Source of the DNA: Octopus bimaculoides
Taxonomy: Eukaryota
Direction of reading: 5' to 3'
Assembly: GCF_001194135.2 (NCBI RefSeq)
Contig: NC_068983.1
Coordinates: 78,375,014-78,435,425, forward strand
Length of the DNA stretch: 60,412 nt
Under the pieces are notes generated by a model. The model was given only the letters and a program-made list of their open reading frames with translations, made no database searches and was not told the DNA's origin. The translations under genes were made by a program, and so were the position numbers. How positions within the stretch are numbered: the stretch's first letter is position 1; each line of letters starts with the position of its first letter. Of this stretch, positions 36,540 through 47,993 are shown piece after piece.

Positions 36540-38687
36540 TTGATTATTAGTTGTTAATTTTTGTGGAAGACATTCACCACCCAAGCACCAATCTCAAAAT
36601 CATAGCTTCTCCCCAGCAGTGCAGGTTTTTGAGCTTGTTCTACTCTCATGTCAATTCTGATTTCTCTGACATATTTCTCAAACTTGGTTGTTAGTGCCAT
36701 GAGTACCCCTTCAACTACTTGGATGACCGACACTCCTCATAGCTCACATTCTTGCAATTTCCTCTTTTAGTAGCCTATTTATAATCTTGGTTTCCTTTTT
36801 CTTTTATCTACCACAACAATGTCTGGTCTCTGAACATCAATTAGGGAGTCACACTGGATTGTAAAATCTCACAGTATCTTATATGCATTGTTCTTAGTGA
36901 CTCTTACTGGTCCATGTTCGTACCATTTTCATGCTCTGTTCAGGCTGTACTTTCCACATAGACTTGAGTGAACAAACTTAGCTACATTATCATGCTTCCT
37001 TTTGTTGTGTTTTGGGGCCAGCTTGCTACACTCGCTCACAATATGTGAAATTGTTTTATTTTTACTGCTACATATCCTACAAGGGGTAATTCACTGATCT
37101 TATCTATTTGGAACTTGGTGTAATTAGTTCTCAGAGCTTGCTCCTGGGCGCTGCATATCAGTGCTTCAGTGCATCCTTTCAGATCACTTTTTCTTAGCCA
37201 TCTCCAAGTGCTGGTCTTGTTTTTCCTTCGATTTCTCTCAGGTATTACCCATGCTGTCATTTCATTTTCCAATTGTTTATTCTTTTTTTTCATCTTGTTT
37301 CTTAAATGTTTGTGGGTGCATCACATTTTCAGCAGGTATTGTATTGTTAATTCTAACAGTGGCAAGTAAGGATTCACTTTGTTGTTTGATGTACCATATC
37401 TGATTGCTCTTCTAATTGACAACACATCCTATGATGCCACTTCCTCCCTTGTTCCTAGGCACATACAACCTGTCAATATCGCTTTTGTGGTGTAGTTCCT
37501 TGTTAATTGTCATCACTTTTTTGGTTTGCCTGTCCATTTCCTCAAGTTAATTCTTTGTCCGCCTAACAACACCTGCACCATATTGCATTAAGGAAACAGC
37601 CCATGTGTTCATTACCTTGACCTTGTTTTCCATTGAGCCTACTTCCCATAATTAATTTGGTTTTTCTGAGATATTCTTGCCTAAAGCTTTCCTTCATTTC
37701 ACTTTCCTTTATTTTGTCATATTCCAAAATATCCAGATACTTATATCTATCAATCTCAATATCCTTGATTTTCCTATTACACCATCAAAGGACACTACTT
37801 TGTCTTTTTGCATTATAAGCATACCACACTTTTTAGTCCCAAATTCCATCCCAATATCCTTGCCAAATATCTACACTATTGAAACTAGGCCATTTATTTT
37901 ACATTCAGTCTTCCCAAAGATCTTTAAGTCCTCCATGTATAAGAGATGATTTAACTTTCCTCCACTTTTCAAGGTGTACTCCAATGTCACTTTCCATAGT
38001 ATCTGTGTGAGGGGTATTATGCAAACAGCAATGGTAATAGGCTATCTCCCTGAAATATGCCTCTCTTGATGTTCATCTTCACCAAAAATTTTCACCATGA
38101 AGTTTACTCTATATTCCAGTTCTTCATTGATCTCCTATTAAAATTTGATGTTATCAGACACCTGTACCAGCTCAAGACTTTCTAAAATCCAAGAACAGAG
38201 GACTGTGTCATATGCTTTCTTACAACCAATCCACACTATGTCCATGTTAGTGAGTCTTTTCTTGCAGTTGTTCAATACCATTCTGTCTATCAGAAGTTGA
38301 TCTTTTGTCTCAGCTTTTCCTTCTATATCTCTTCTGTTCCACTAGCAGTTTGTCATTCGTTTCCAGAAATTTATACACATAATTAGATATTATTCCTGTC
38401 ATCAGCTTCCACATTAGGGACAGGTGGGTGATAGACCGGTAATTATCCACTGCATTATCTTTACTGGAATCCTTTTGGTAAAGAATTGTTTTACCTGTGG
38501 TCAACCACTTTCAGATTTGCATCCCATTCTTGGTCGTTTTATCCATTTGCATGGCTATTCAAAGAAGAATAGCCATGGCTATTCTTCTTTGAATAGCCAT
38601 TTGCTATTTTAAAGAATAGCCATTTGCATGGCTATTCTTTGTGGTGCAGGGAAATTTTTCAACCAATATCCTTGTACTCCATCCAGG
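36540..38687 (-). mobile_element. Dong/R4-clade LINE, 5'-truncated and degenerate (RT, Cys/His motif, RLE)
   Basis: Minus-strand fragments [70 protein letters not shown] and RLLKEEIARM, with many stops and frameshifts. Confidence 0.85.
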
Positions 38688-38714
38688 TATTATTATTATC
38701 ATTATTATGCAAGC

Positions 38715-39110
38715 ACCATGAAAAAAGCACCCATGTTGGTGCCACATAAAAAAAAACATTCATGTCAGTGTCATGTGTAAAAGCACCTGTGTTGGTGCCA
38801 CACAAGAGGCACCAACATGCTGACCCTTGGCTTGCCAACTCTTGTCAAACTGTCTAACCCATACCATGTTAAACAATGTATGTTAAACAATGATGATGGT
38901 TGTCATTAAAGCAACTAGCTGAATTGTTGCACACCAGACAAAATGTTTAGCTGCATTTCTTCTGGCTTTATGTTCTGAGTTCATATTCTGTCGAGGTTGA
39001 CTTTGCCTTTCATCTTTTCGGGGTTGATAAGTAGCATTTGAATACTGAGGCCTATGTAATTAATTTACCCTCATTCCCAACATCGCTGGCCTTTTACCAA
39101 AATTCGAAGG
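38715..39110 (+). mobile_element. RTE-type tail (38715-38895) followed by SINE family E (38915-39110)
   Basis: AAAAGCACC/GTTGGTGCCACA repeats with CTAACCCATACC...AATGATGATG, then GTTCTGAGTTCATATTC...GACTTTGCCTTTCAT...CCAAAATTCGAAG. Confidence 0.7.
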
Positions 39111-39483
39111 CATTAGTGTCATTATTATTTTTAAGAATACAAATTCACACAGAAATTTAGAAAACAAAGTTACAAAAAATGCATCATTAAGGAAGTATAA
39201 GAGAGGAAATAATTAGGTCCTTCTTTACTTCATGAAATGGAAAAGTTAATTGCTATCTCTTGTGCATGATTAAGTTTTATTATATTATATATTTTAATTG
39301 GATTGGGTGTAAGCTGACTGTTGATGGATGAATAATGATTTGTAAGATATCCCTTCTTTTAAAATTAAATATCAAAATGAAATTAAGTATCTGATGGGAT
39401 TTAAAAGATTTAAAAATTAGAAAAACATTGACCATTAGTTGTATGTAGATGAAGTAGAAATATGAACTATTCATTAAGATAAA

Positions 39484-39890
39484 GTTGTGGCTGTGTGGTA
39501 AAACGTCTGTTACTCAACTGCACTGTTCCAAGTTCAGTCCTACATTGTGGCACTTTGGGCGAGTATCTTCTAATATATTACTGGGTTAACCATAGTTTTG
39601 TGAGAGGATTTGGTGAACAGAAACTGAAAGAAGCTTGTCATACACACATACACACACTATGTATGTATACATGTATGTATATATACATATATATGTGAGT
39701 GCGTTTTTGTGTCTGCGTTTGTCCCCCACCACTGCTCAGCATCTGGTGTTCATTTGTTCACATTCCCATAATTTAGTGATTTGGCAAAAGAAACTGATAG
39801 AATTAGTACCAGACTTTAAAAAAAGTACTGGCATCAATTTGTTTAACTAAATATGGCCACAGTTTAATGACGGAAACAAGTAAAAGAGAA
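39484..39890 (+). mobile_element. tRNA-derived SINE family A
   Basis: TGGCTGTGTGGTAA head and body and tail homologous to 5365-5765. Confidence 0.75.
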
Positions 39891-40226
39891 AAGGCATGTA
39901 ATCCTCAGAAGGGTTACATGCCTTAAGACCATTATAATCATTCTGATATTTGAAGAAAAGAGCGTAAAATATATAAAAATTAACAACTGATAGAAGTTGT
40001 TACAAATAACTCTAAGCCACTGAATAAAAGGCCATTGCTGAAAATTATTTTAGCATATATGCAGTTCTATCTTTCATATTTTGTAGTTAGACAAAAAAAA
40101 AAAATAATAATAATACATTCAAGAAGGCTATGATATTATTGTTGTTATTATGCTAGTTAGATTTAGAAGGATCCAGTAGACTCTTTGGAAGAAGCATTAA
40201 TGGTTCAATAACAGCTGAGAAAGCAT

Positions 40227-40444
40227 GGCCCTTTGAATTACAGGCACAACAAAAACAGGAAGTAAGAGTGGGAGAAAGTTGTGGTGAAAGAGTACAGCAG
40301 GGTTCACCACCATCCCCTGCCGGAGCCTCGTGGAGCTTTAGGTGTTTTCGCTCAATAAACACTCACAACACCCGGTCTGGGAATCGAAACCGCGATCCTA
40401 TGACCGCGAGTCTGCTGCCCTAATCACTGGGCCATTGCGCCTCC
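40227..40444 (-). mobile_element. tRNA-derived SINE family B, 5' part
   Basis: Reverse complement of 53352-53570 with about 12 differing sites in about 215 bp. Confidence 0.85.
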
Positions 40445-40968
40445 ACGGTGATATGTATAAAGCTATACTATTAAAAGCAGATGAGAAACCACCCTGTTCA
40501 TAACAAACTTCCTTTCCAGTTTACACACTCTATCAATGTTTTACTATCATGTGAGATATTCAATGCACTTTGTACCTCATACTTCAAATGTATCTTCTGT
40601 ACATCTTCCAGTAATTCTGCTAAGTTTACTATGACATATTAATAAACTAGATGAGATTTATTATATATTTCAGTCAGTCACTGTTTGCACTACTCTTACT
40701 TTGCCAAATTAATTAACTCTATTTCAGTAGGTGCCTTTACATGGTCACTTAATCTGATAGGTATAGTAGAATAATTTGCCTCAAATCTTATCCTACCATC
40801 TCAAAAAGTTACAGAGGACATTCTGGATCATGAGTTCCAAGACATACATCATCGGTAAATACAAAAAGAATTTTTCATGAGTGGTAATATGGTTTTGATC
40901 TTGGTCATCCTCCACTACATACTTGCACACACACACACACACACACACACTGACACTCACACAAACAT

Positions 40969-41007
<39 letters not shown>

Positions 41008-41034
41008 TAGATTTGCTAGTAGGTTGTTATGTAG

Positions 41035-41066
<32 letters not shown>

Positions 41067-41119
41067 GCATATATACATACATAACTACATATATATGTAT
41101 ATATACATGCATATATGAG

Positions 41120-41226
41120 TACAGGTTGTCAACAAAACGTGAACAAAATGAGAAACGAGAACATAAAAAAGTTTGTTTTCCATGTTTTTGTTTTTTATGT
41201 TCTCGTTTCTCATTTTGTCCATGTTG
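41120..41226. mobile_element. Collapsed Tc1/mariner-like MITE remnant forming a 28-bp perfect inverted repeat
   Basis: 41143-41170 is the exact reverse complement of 41191-41218. The left end TA-CAGGTTGTC looks like a Tc1-type terminus and the right end is cut by an RTE insertion. Confidence 0.6.
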
Positions 41227-41795
41227 AGAAGACCCAACAAGCCAAGTGAGACCATAGCCCATGGCCTATGCCAGTGAGTATAACCAGCTCACTTATGAGT
41301 ACCCTTCATTTATTGGACAATAAACTTTGCTTGCAAAGACCTGTTGAAGTAAGTGAAATCAAAATCGCTGACGTGGCCAATGACAGTACCACCTGATTGG
41401 CACTCATGCCAGTGAAATGCTAAAAGCACATCTGAGCATGATCGTTGCCAGGGCCACAGATTGGCTCCCATGCCGGTGATACATTAAAAGCACCATTCGG
41501 GTGTGATCGTTGCCAGCATCACCTCACCAGCACATGTGCCGGTGGCACGTGAAAAATACCTTTTGAGCGTGGTCGTTGCCAGTACCACCTGACTGGCCCT
41601 CGAGCCGGTAGCATGTAAAAGCACCCACTACACTCTCAGAGTGTTTGGTGATAGGAAGGGTATCCAGCTGTAGAAACTTTGCCAGATCAGATTGGAGCCT
41701 GGTCCAGCCTTCTAGCTCGCCAGTCCTCAGTCAAACTGTCCAACCCATGCCAGTATGGAAAGCGGATGTTAAACGACGACAATGATGATTATGAT
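41226..41795 (+). mobile_element. RTE LINE complete 3' UTR with internal minisatellite and (ATG)n tail
   Basis: Begins at the ORF end GAGAAGACCCAACAAGCCAAGTGA (EKTQQAK*). Repeated AAAAGCAC..GATCGTTGCCAG..GCCGGT units. Ends CCAACCCATGCCAGTATGGAAAGCGGATGTTAAACGACGAC. Confidence 0.8.
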
Positions 41796-43361
41796 GATAT
41801 ATCATGAGAAATTATCATGAACCAATCATTGATATTTTGCATACATTTAATACATATGTTTCAAGTACTTACGAAACAATTTGATTACAAATTAAATATA
41901 TACATGGAACCAAATTTGCCTCAATATATAGTAGTAAACAAGAAAAATGTCACATTAACAACAACGAGAATTATAGAGAGAAAGGGAGCGAGATATAAAA
42001 GGAATGAAAGAAAAGCAGATAAGAGTGACAATAATAAAGAAAGATGGGGATAATGATGAAAATCAAATAAGAATGATAAGAGATAGATAGACAAATAAAT
42101 AAATATATAGATAATACTGATGTCACATACTGTATGGGATTTGTTTATGCATTCATTGGCTGCAGGATAGCATCAGTAGAAAAAATCCCTTTAAGGCATC
42201 AGGTGTTGAAAAACACTGAATACCACAAATCAGGTGAGACAACATGCCCTGTAGGTGGTCAAGAATGATGAATATTGATATTCCATTATTTTTGCAGCTC
42301 TTCGGCATCATGTACACTAGTCTCCTTGAAATGAATTGCAATTACTGGTCTGAGGCTTTTAAACTGATAATGTCTATTCTATCTACTGATGTGCAACAGT
42401 AAGGCACAGTTCAAACAAAATTATATTTTCAATTATAAGCAGATGTCCTAGTGTGAACATTACCAATGATGCATGCTTACTGTATGTATTTTGTTTATGC
42501 ACTATTTGGCTTTGGAACAGCTTCAGGGGACAAATCGCTTTAAGACACTGAATTTTAGAGAACACTGGATACTTCGAACCATGCAGCACAACTCACCCTG
42601 TAGGTGGTTGAAATCAATTGATATCAATATTTCATTGTTTTTAAAGCTTTTCAGCATCATGTACTGAAGTCACCTTGAAACAAACTGAAATTGCTGGTCT
42701 GAGGCTAATTTGCAATTAGTGTAGAGTCTATCTGCTAATGTGCAAATCGTTGTTGTCGTCGTCATTGAGGGGAAAATGTGAGGAGGAGAAGGAAGACGAC
42801 AATGACAATGAGGGGAGATGTCTCACGAGTACTTCTTACAAACTATTAATTTCACCTTAACTATGCTAAACCAGTTGTGATCTATACACATTCTAGTCAC
42901 CCTACGTCAACTGTACACTATCTTCATGAACATAGAACTCAAAAGAAAGAAAGAACGGGAGGAGGAGGAACTAACCCCCCCCACACACACACACACACAT
43001 TTCAATTGGTGTAGATACATTTTCTTACTGTGTCAATTCAAATCCTCATCTTCAATCACTATTTGTGATATGTTAAGTGTATCATGTTCTCTGTACAACA
43101 TTAGCTGCAACACTACATTCATTCACTGCATGACATTTACTAACTAGACATGTTTTCTAATTGTATTGAAGTCATTACAGCACATCAATTACCCACAACT
43201 GTGGTCCATGAAACCCTAAATACAGTAGAGATAATAAAGAAAACTGTCTTTGCATCTTGTAAAATTCTCCACATTCATTTTCAAGTCAGATTAAAATGGA
43301 TGTTGCATCTGTTATTTATCCCAGCTCAGTCCAGAGCAACTGAACTATGATTTCAGGTGTA

Positions 43362-44568
43362 TGATGTGGTATCAAAAAGTTCCCAGACTAGTTCTGTTGC
43401 ATGCCAACAGATGGCAGTGCACGGTTGCATGTGCAGTGACCTTCACGTGGCAGTGTGCTGAGTGACATTGCTGCGTTCACTTTGCAAGTTGTGAAATTTG
43501 TGGTTTTGTGATCACATGTATGCTGCTGTCTGATTTTTGTCATGGACAGGAAGTTGGAACAAAGAACCAATGGGGAATTTTGCATTAAACTTGGGATGTC
43601 TGCTACAGAGACATTGATCATGCTTCAGCAAGCTCATGGCAATAAGGCAATGGGTCATACGTAATGTTTCAAGTGGTATAGGTACTTCAAAAGTGGAAGA
43701 ATGTCTGTGGAAGACAATAAGTGATCTAGAACAGTGGTTTTCAAACTGTGGTCCACGGACCACAGGGGGTCCACAAGAACAAGACAAGGGGTCCGTGAAC
43801 AGCAAATACTTTTTATGGGAAATTTTATTTTATATATGGTTTTTAATCGAAATCTTTTAATTGACAATAAACCTATTTGTTAAATACTGTTAAATAAACA
43901 AATGTAAAAATATATGTTATTTTAAGCAAATATTTATGTATAAATTCGATAAGCGTTTATAAGGGGGTCCCTAAGATAAAGCCTGAAATATAAAGGGGTC
44001 CACAAGTCAAAAAGTTTGAAAACCCCTGATCTAGAAGACCTGTTACAAACATCACCCCTGGAAATGTAGAGAAAATTCATCAACTTGGGCATCAGGATTG
44101 TATGAGGACAATCAACAATGTTTTGGAGTATTCGAAGGAGGGCATTCAGTGAAAGTGACTGGATCTGTGTAGCACGAAGAATTGGATTCTTCATGATGAC
44201 GATGCACCCTGTCACTGAGCTCTCCTTATTCACGAAGCTCTTGCCAAAAACAACATGGTATTGCTTCCGTACCCACCCTATTCACCAGATTTAGTACCTG
44301 CAGACTTCGATCGCTTCCTCAAGAAAAAATGCAGCTCAAAGGTCGCCATTTTAACACCCTTGTTGAGATCAAAAGCAAATTGTAAAAGGTCCTCAACTCA
44401 CTAATGGAAAACGACTTCCAGGCTAGATTCCAAAAGTGGCAGTAACACTGGAACTGGTGTATTGCTGCAGAAGGTGACTATTTCAAAGGAGATGAAGTTA
44501 AAACTTAAATAAATAAGATATTGTTTATCAAACATAACTAATCTGGGAACTTTTTGATATCAGCCTGC
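43362..44568 (+). mobile_element. Mariner (Tc1/mariner) transposon, internally deleted and inactive
   Basis: TIR core TATCAAAAAGTTCCCAGA(C/T)TAGTT at 43370-43393, inverted at about 44536-44559. N-terminus MDRKLEQRTNGEFCIKLGMSATETLIMLQQAHG..FKWYRYFKSGRMSVED. C-terminus WILHDDDAPCH..PYPPYSPDLVPADF..WCIAAEGDYFKG. The region with the first catalytic D is missing. Confidence 0.9.
43732..44028. mobile_element. hAT (Charlie/Buster-type) MITE nested in the mariner
   Basis: TIRs CAGTGGTTTTCAAACT and AGTTTGAAAACCCCTG (15/16). Exact 8-bp TSD ATCTAGAA at 43724-43731 and 44029-44036. Confidence 0.92.
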
Positions 44569-45329
44569 TCACAGCCACCTCTGATTGTTGGGTTCAAACT
44601 TCATATTTTAAGTGATCTTTATTAAAACTAGGCATCAAAATTTCCTCTTCTTTTATGTCACAAATGCCAAGCACAAGTAGCAATGACAAAATTATTTTAC
44701 AAATGTTTTCATTATTTTCAAAATTTCAATAGAAATATGGTAATGTAAGAGTTAAGAATTTCAAGACATACATTATCTAATGTGTCCTTCTCACTCAGTT
44801 TTCTTTCATATCACACTTAGTTAATTTATGTCTAACCTTCTTTAATATCAAACTTGGTACATTAATGTTCATTACTGTCTTTGAAGTTACACACACTTGG
44901 TTAATATATATTCACTTAGAGGTAACATTAGATATATCTATGTTCACAGTCATCTTTCATTTTATGCTTGCTATATTCAGGTGTATGTATGGTCGTGTAG
45001 CTTAGACCTTTGGTTCCCAATCCAACCACATGGTTTCAAGTTCAGTTCAAATGCAAATTATATTGTAGCTTCAGTAAGTGTCTTTAACGATATATATGTG
45101 TGTGTGTGGTGTGGCATGTGCGTGTGCGTGCGTGTGGTGTGGCATGTGTGTGTGCATGCGTGTCTGTGTGTGTGCGTGTGTATCTATACGTATGTAATGG
45201 AATTTCCCATCACAGACGATATATGGGGGTTCAGCTTTTGCTGGGAAAACCTGCACAGATGATTTGTTTATAGTAACCAAATGCATGTGTTGTACATTAG
45301 ATTACATGTTCAATCAAACCAATATGGCC

Positions 45330-45495
45330 TGCACAAGTGCACAAGTGTGCCACACATCTTATGTTGAAATGACCACAGAGCGATGTGAAACAAAGTGTTT
45401 TGCTGAAGAACACCACATAGCACCCAGTCCAGGAATTGAACACATGATCTAACAATCACGAGCGCAACACCCTAACCACCAGCTCACGCACCTTC
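45330..45495 (-). mobile_element. SINE family C 5' part
   Basis: Reverse complement GTGAAGGTGCGTGAGCTGGTGGTTAGGGTG...TTCAATTCCTGGACTGGG...GTGTTCTTCAGCAAAACACT. Confidence 0.65.
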
Positions 45496-45687
45496 ACACA
45501 CACACAAACATATGTATATGCACATACAGACACTTACATATATATGTATATATACATACATACATACATACGTACATACATACATATGTACGTATATGCA
45601 TATATATCTATGTATATATCCAAATTGAGAGAATGGAGTAGGTAAAATCCAGGCTACATATGTTTCCTAGCTAGAAAAACTTAGAAT

Positions 45688-46075
45688 TTACATAAGTAAA
45701 TATCTGCAGGATCATCAGCTAGTCTGTCGATTTATAAAATATAATTTCCAAAACTAGACAATTTTAATCTTCGGATTTTTTTAATATGCTGGACCACTGG
45801 TTTTAATTGATTAATATCAATTTCTACCCTAATTATTAAACTTTAAATAATGATGTTCTCAAACCGGTAAATTAGCTGCAGAAATTTATTAACTGCAGAG
45901 TTATTTCCGGACTCAGCGCGCCAGATTGAAGACATTTGAAAGGATACACTGAATGTAATTTGTAGAACTCTGCACGTGCTCCCTTTCAGGTGAACGCTCT
46001 GTGTCTAGTTCTGGAAATTATATTTTATAAATCGACAGACTACGCTGATGATCCTGCAGATATTTACTTATGTAA
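45688..46075. repeat. Foldback/MITE-like element with about 73-bp inverted repeats
   Basis: 45688-45760 versus 46002-46075: one mismatch and one indel. Confidence 0.85.
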
Positions 46076-46374
46076 GTATTAACAGGTGAAAACATTGGTA
46101 CATAAGTTAATCGTTTTTTTAATTTAGTATTTTTTCATTTGTCTTACTCTTTTACAGTCTGTCGTCTCGCTGAAATTTTATTGAGAACATATTCTTCGTG
46201 GTTAGATGATTCGGCATCTATTTCTAGCATATAGGAGTCCACTTTTGCTGGTCATTCCTCTTATTTGTGTATATAATATAATTTTAATCTTCGGATTTTT
46301 TTTAATATGGTGGACCACTGGTTTTAATTGATTAATATCAATTTCTACCCTTATTATTAAATTTTATATATATA

Positions 46375-47993
46375 CTAGCAGAAATACCCGGCGTTGCCCG
46401 GGTTAAGAGAGAATAATGAAATCTAAAAACGCCGTCTAGATTACGTATCATCTTTATATATAGAGATGTATATACACACACGCACCCAAACACACGTATA
46501 TATATGTATATCAATATAAATATATGAAAGTCAATGAAGTTTCGTAAAAGAAGGTGATCATGTACATATTTTCTTGCTGTTGTGATTATAACACCTCGTT
46601 GTAAACTATGTTCTTTGTTTTCCCTTGTGGAGCATATACAAATAGGTTTTTTTTTGCTGCCCACTCTTGAGCAGCCAACATACAGTTGTCCATGTGAGAA
46701 GCAGGGCTCTTCCAAGAGAAGACCAGCTACAGACAGTGTTTGACCCTGAGGTTTGTTTATGGACATGGCANNNNNNNNNNNNNNNNNNNNNNNNNNNNNN
46801 NNNNNNNNNNNNNNNNNNNNNNNNNNNNNNNNNNNNNNNNNNNNNNNNNNNNNNNNNNNNNNNNNNNNNNNNNNNNNNNNNNNNNNNNNNNNNNNNNNNN
46901 NNNNNNNNNNNNNNNNNNNTGACATCATTTTCTAAATAATGCTCATCTGTTATGTTCGGGTTAAAATTTCATCAACAACAAAAATATATGAATTTTCATG
47001 GGAGTTATGGCCGTTATGCAAAGAATATAATTTCCAAATTTCATAAAGATCCATTCAGTACTTTTGACGTAGTTTTGTATAAGAAAACAAATGACTAATG
47101 TGTGTGTTTGTGTGCATGTGTATGTGTGTGTGATGGGTGTATATATGTATAGATATCTGTATGCATGTATATATGTATATATGTGTACATATTACATGTA
47201 CATCTATATATATATATATATACATCTACACATATGTATACATATACATGTATGTATAGATCTATTTATATACATATACGTGTACATCTATATGTATACA
47301 TAGATACTTTCAGAGAGAGAAATAGAAAGAGAGAGAGAGAGATGTATATGTATACATATAGATGTACACGTATATGTATATAAATAGATCTATACATACA
47401 TGTATATGTATACATATGTGTAGATGTATATATATATATATATAGATGTACATTGGAAATAAGTAGTTGTTGGAAAGAGGAAGAGAATCTGATCATAGAA
47501 AATATGCTTCAACAAAATCCACCTGACCCGTTAAAGCATGTAAATATCATGATGAAGATGTTTTTGTTTGTCATTACAGTGTCAAAATGGTGTACATATA
47601 CATGTATATGTATACATATACATCTCTCTCTCTCTCTCTCTCTCTCTTTCTGTGTCTCTTTTTCTCTCTCTGTGAAAGTATCTGTCACTACAGTATCGAA
47701 ATGTGATTGTTTCAGTTAGTGGAATAGTTTCATTTTTAAAGTGAAAGTATTTGACGTGAGTGTTTTTGTTTCACTTTTGACACGTAATACTTAAATAGTG
47801 GAGGAGATATTATGTTGCCGTGTGCTCGAACTCTACAAGAAGTTAATGATTTTTTTTGACTAGAACACAACTGGAACCCTAATTAAGGCATGTGTAAAAT
47901 TTGTATGAAATTGGTTGCGTAGTTCTCGAGTTTTAGGGATTCACACACACAGACAGACAGACAGACACACATTCTCATTTTTATATATATAGA
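46375..47993 (-). mobile_element. Helitron with Pif1-like helicase C-terminal remnant
   Basis: 5' end A|TCTATATATATAAAAATGAG..(GTCT)n at 47993. 3' end with hairpin CCCGGGCAACGCCGGG then CTAG|T at 46375. 46586-46770 encodes AMSINKPQGQTLSVAGLLLEEPCFSHGQLYVGCSRVGS and, after a frameshift in an A run, NLFVYAPQGKTKNIVYNEVL*. That both ends belong to one element is inferred across a gap. Confidence 0.75.
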
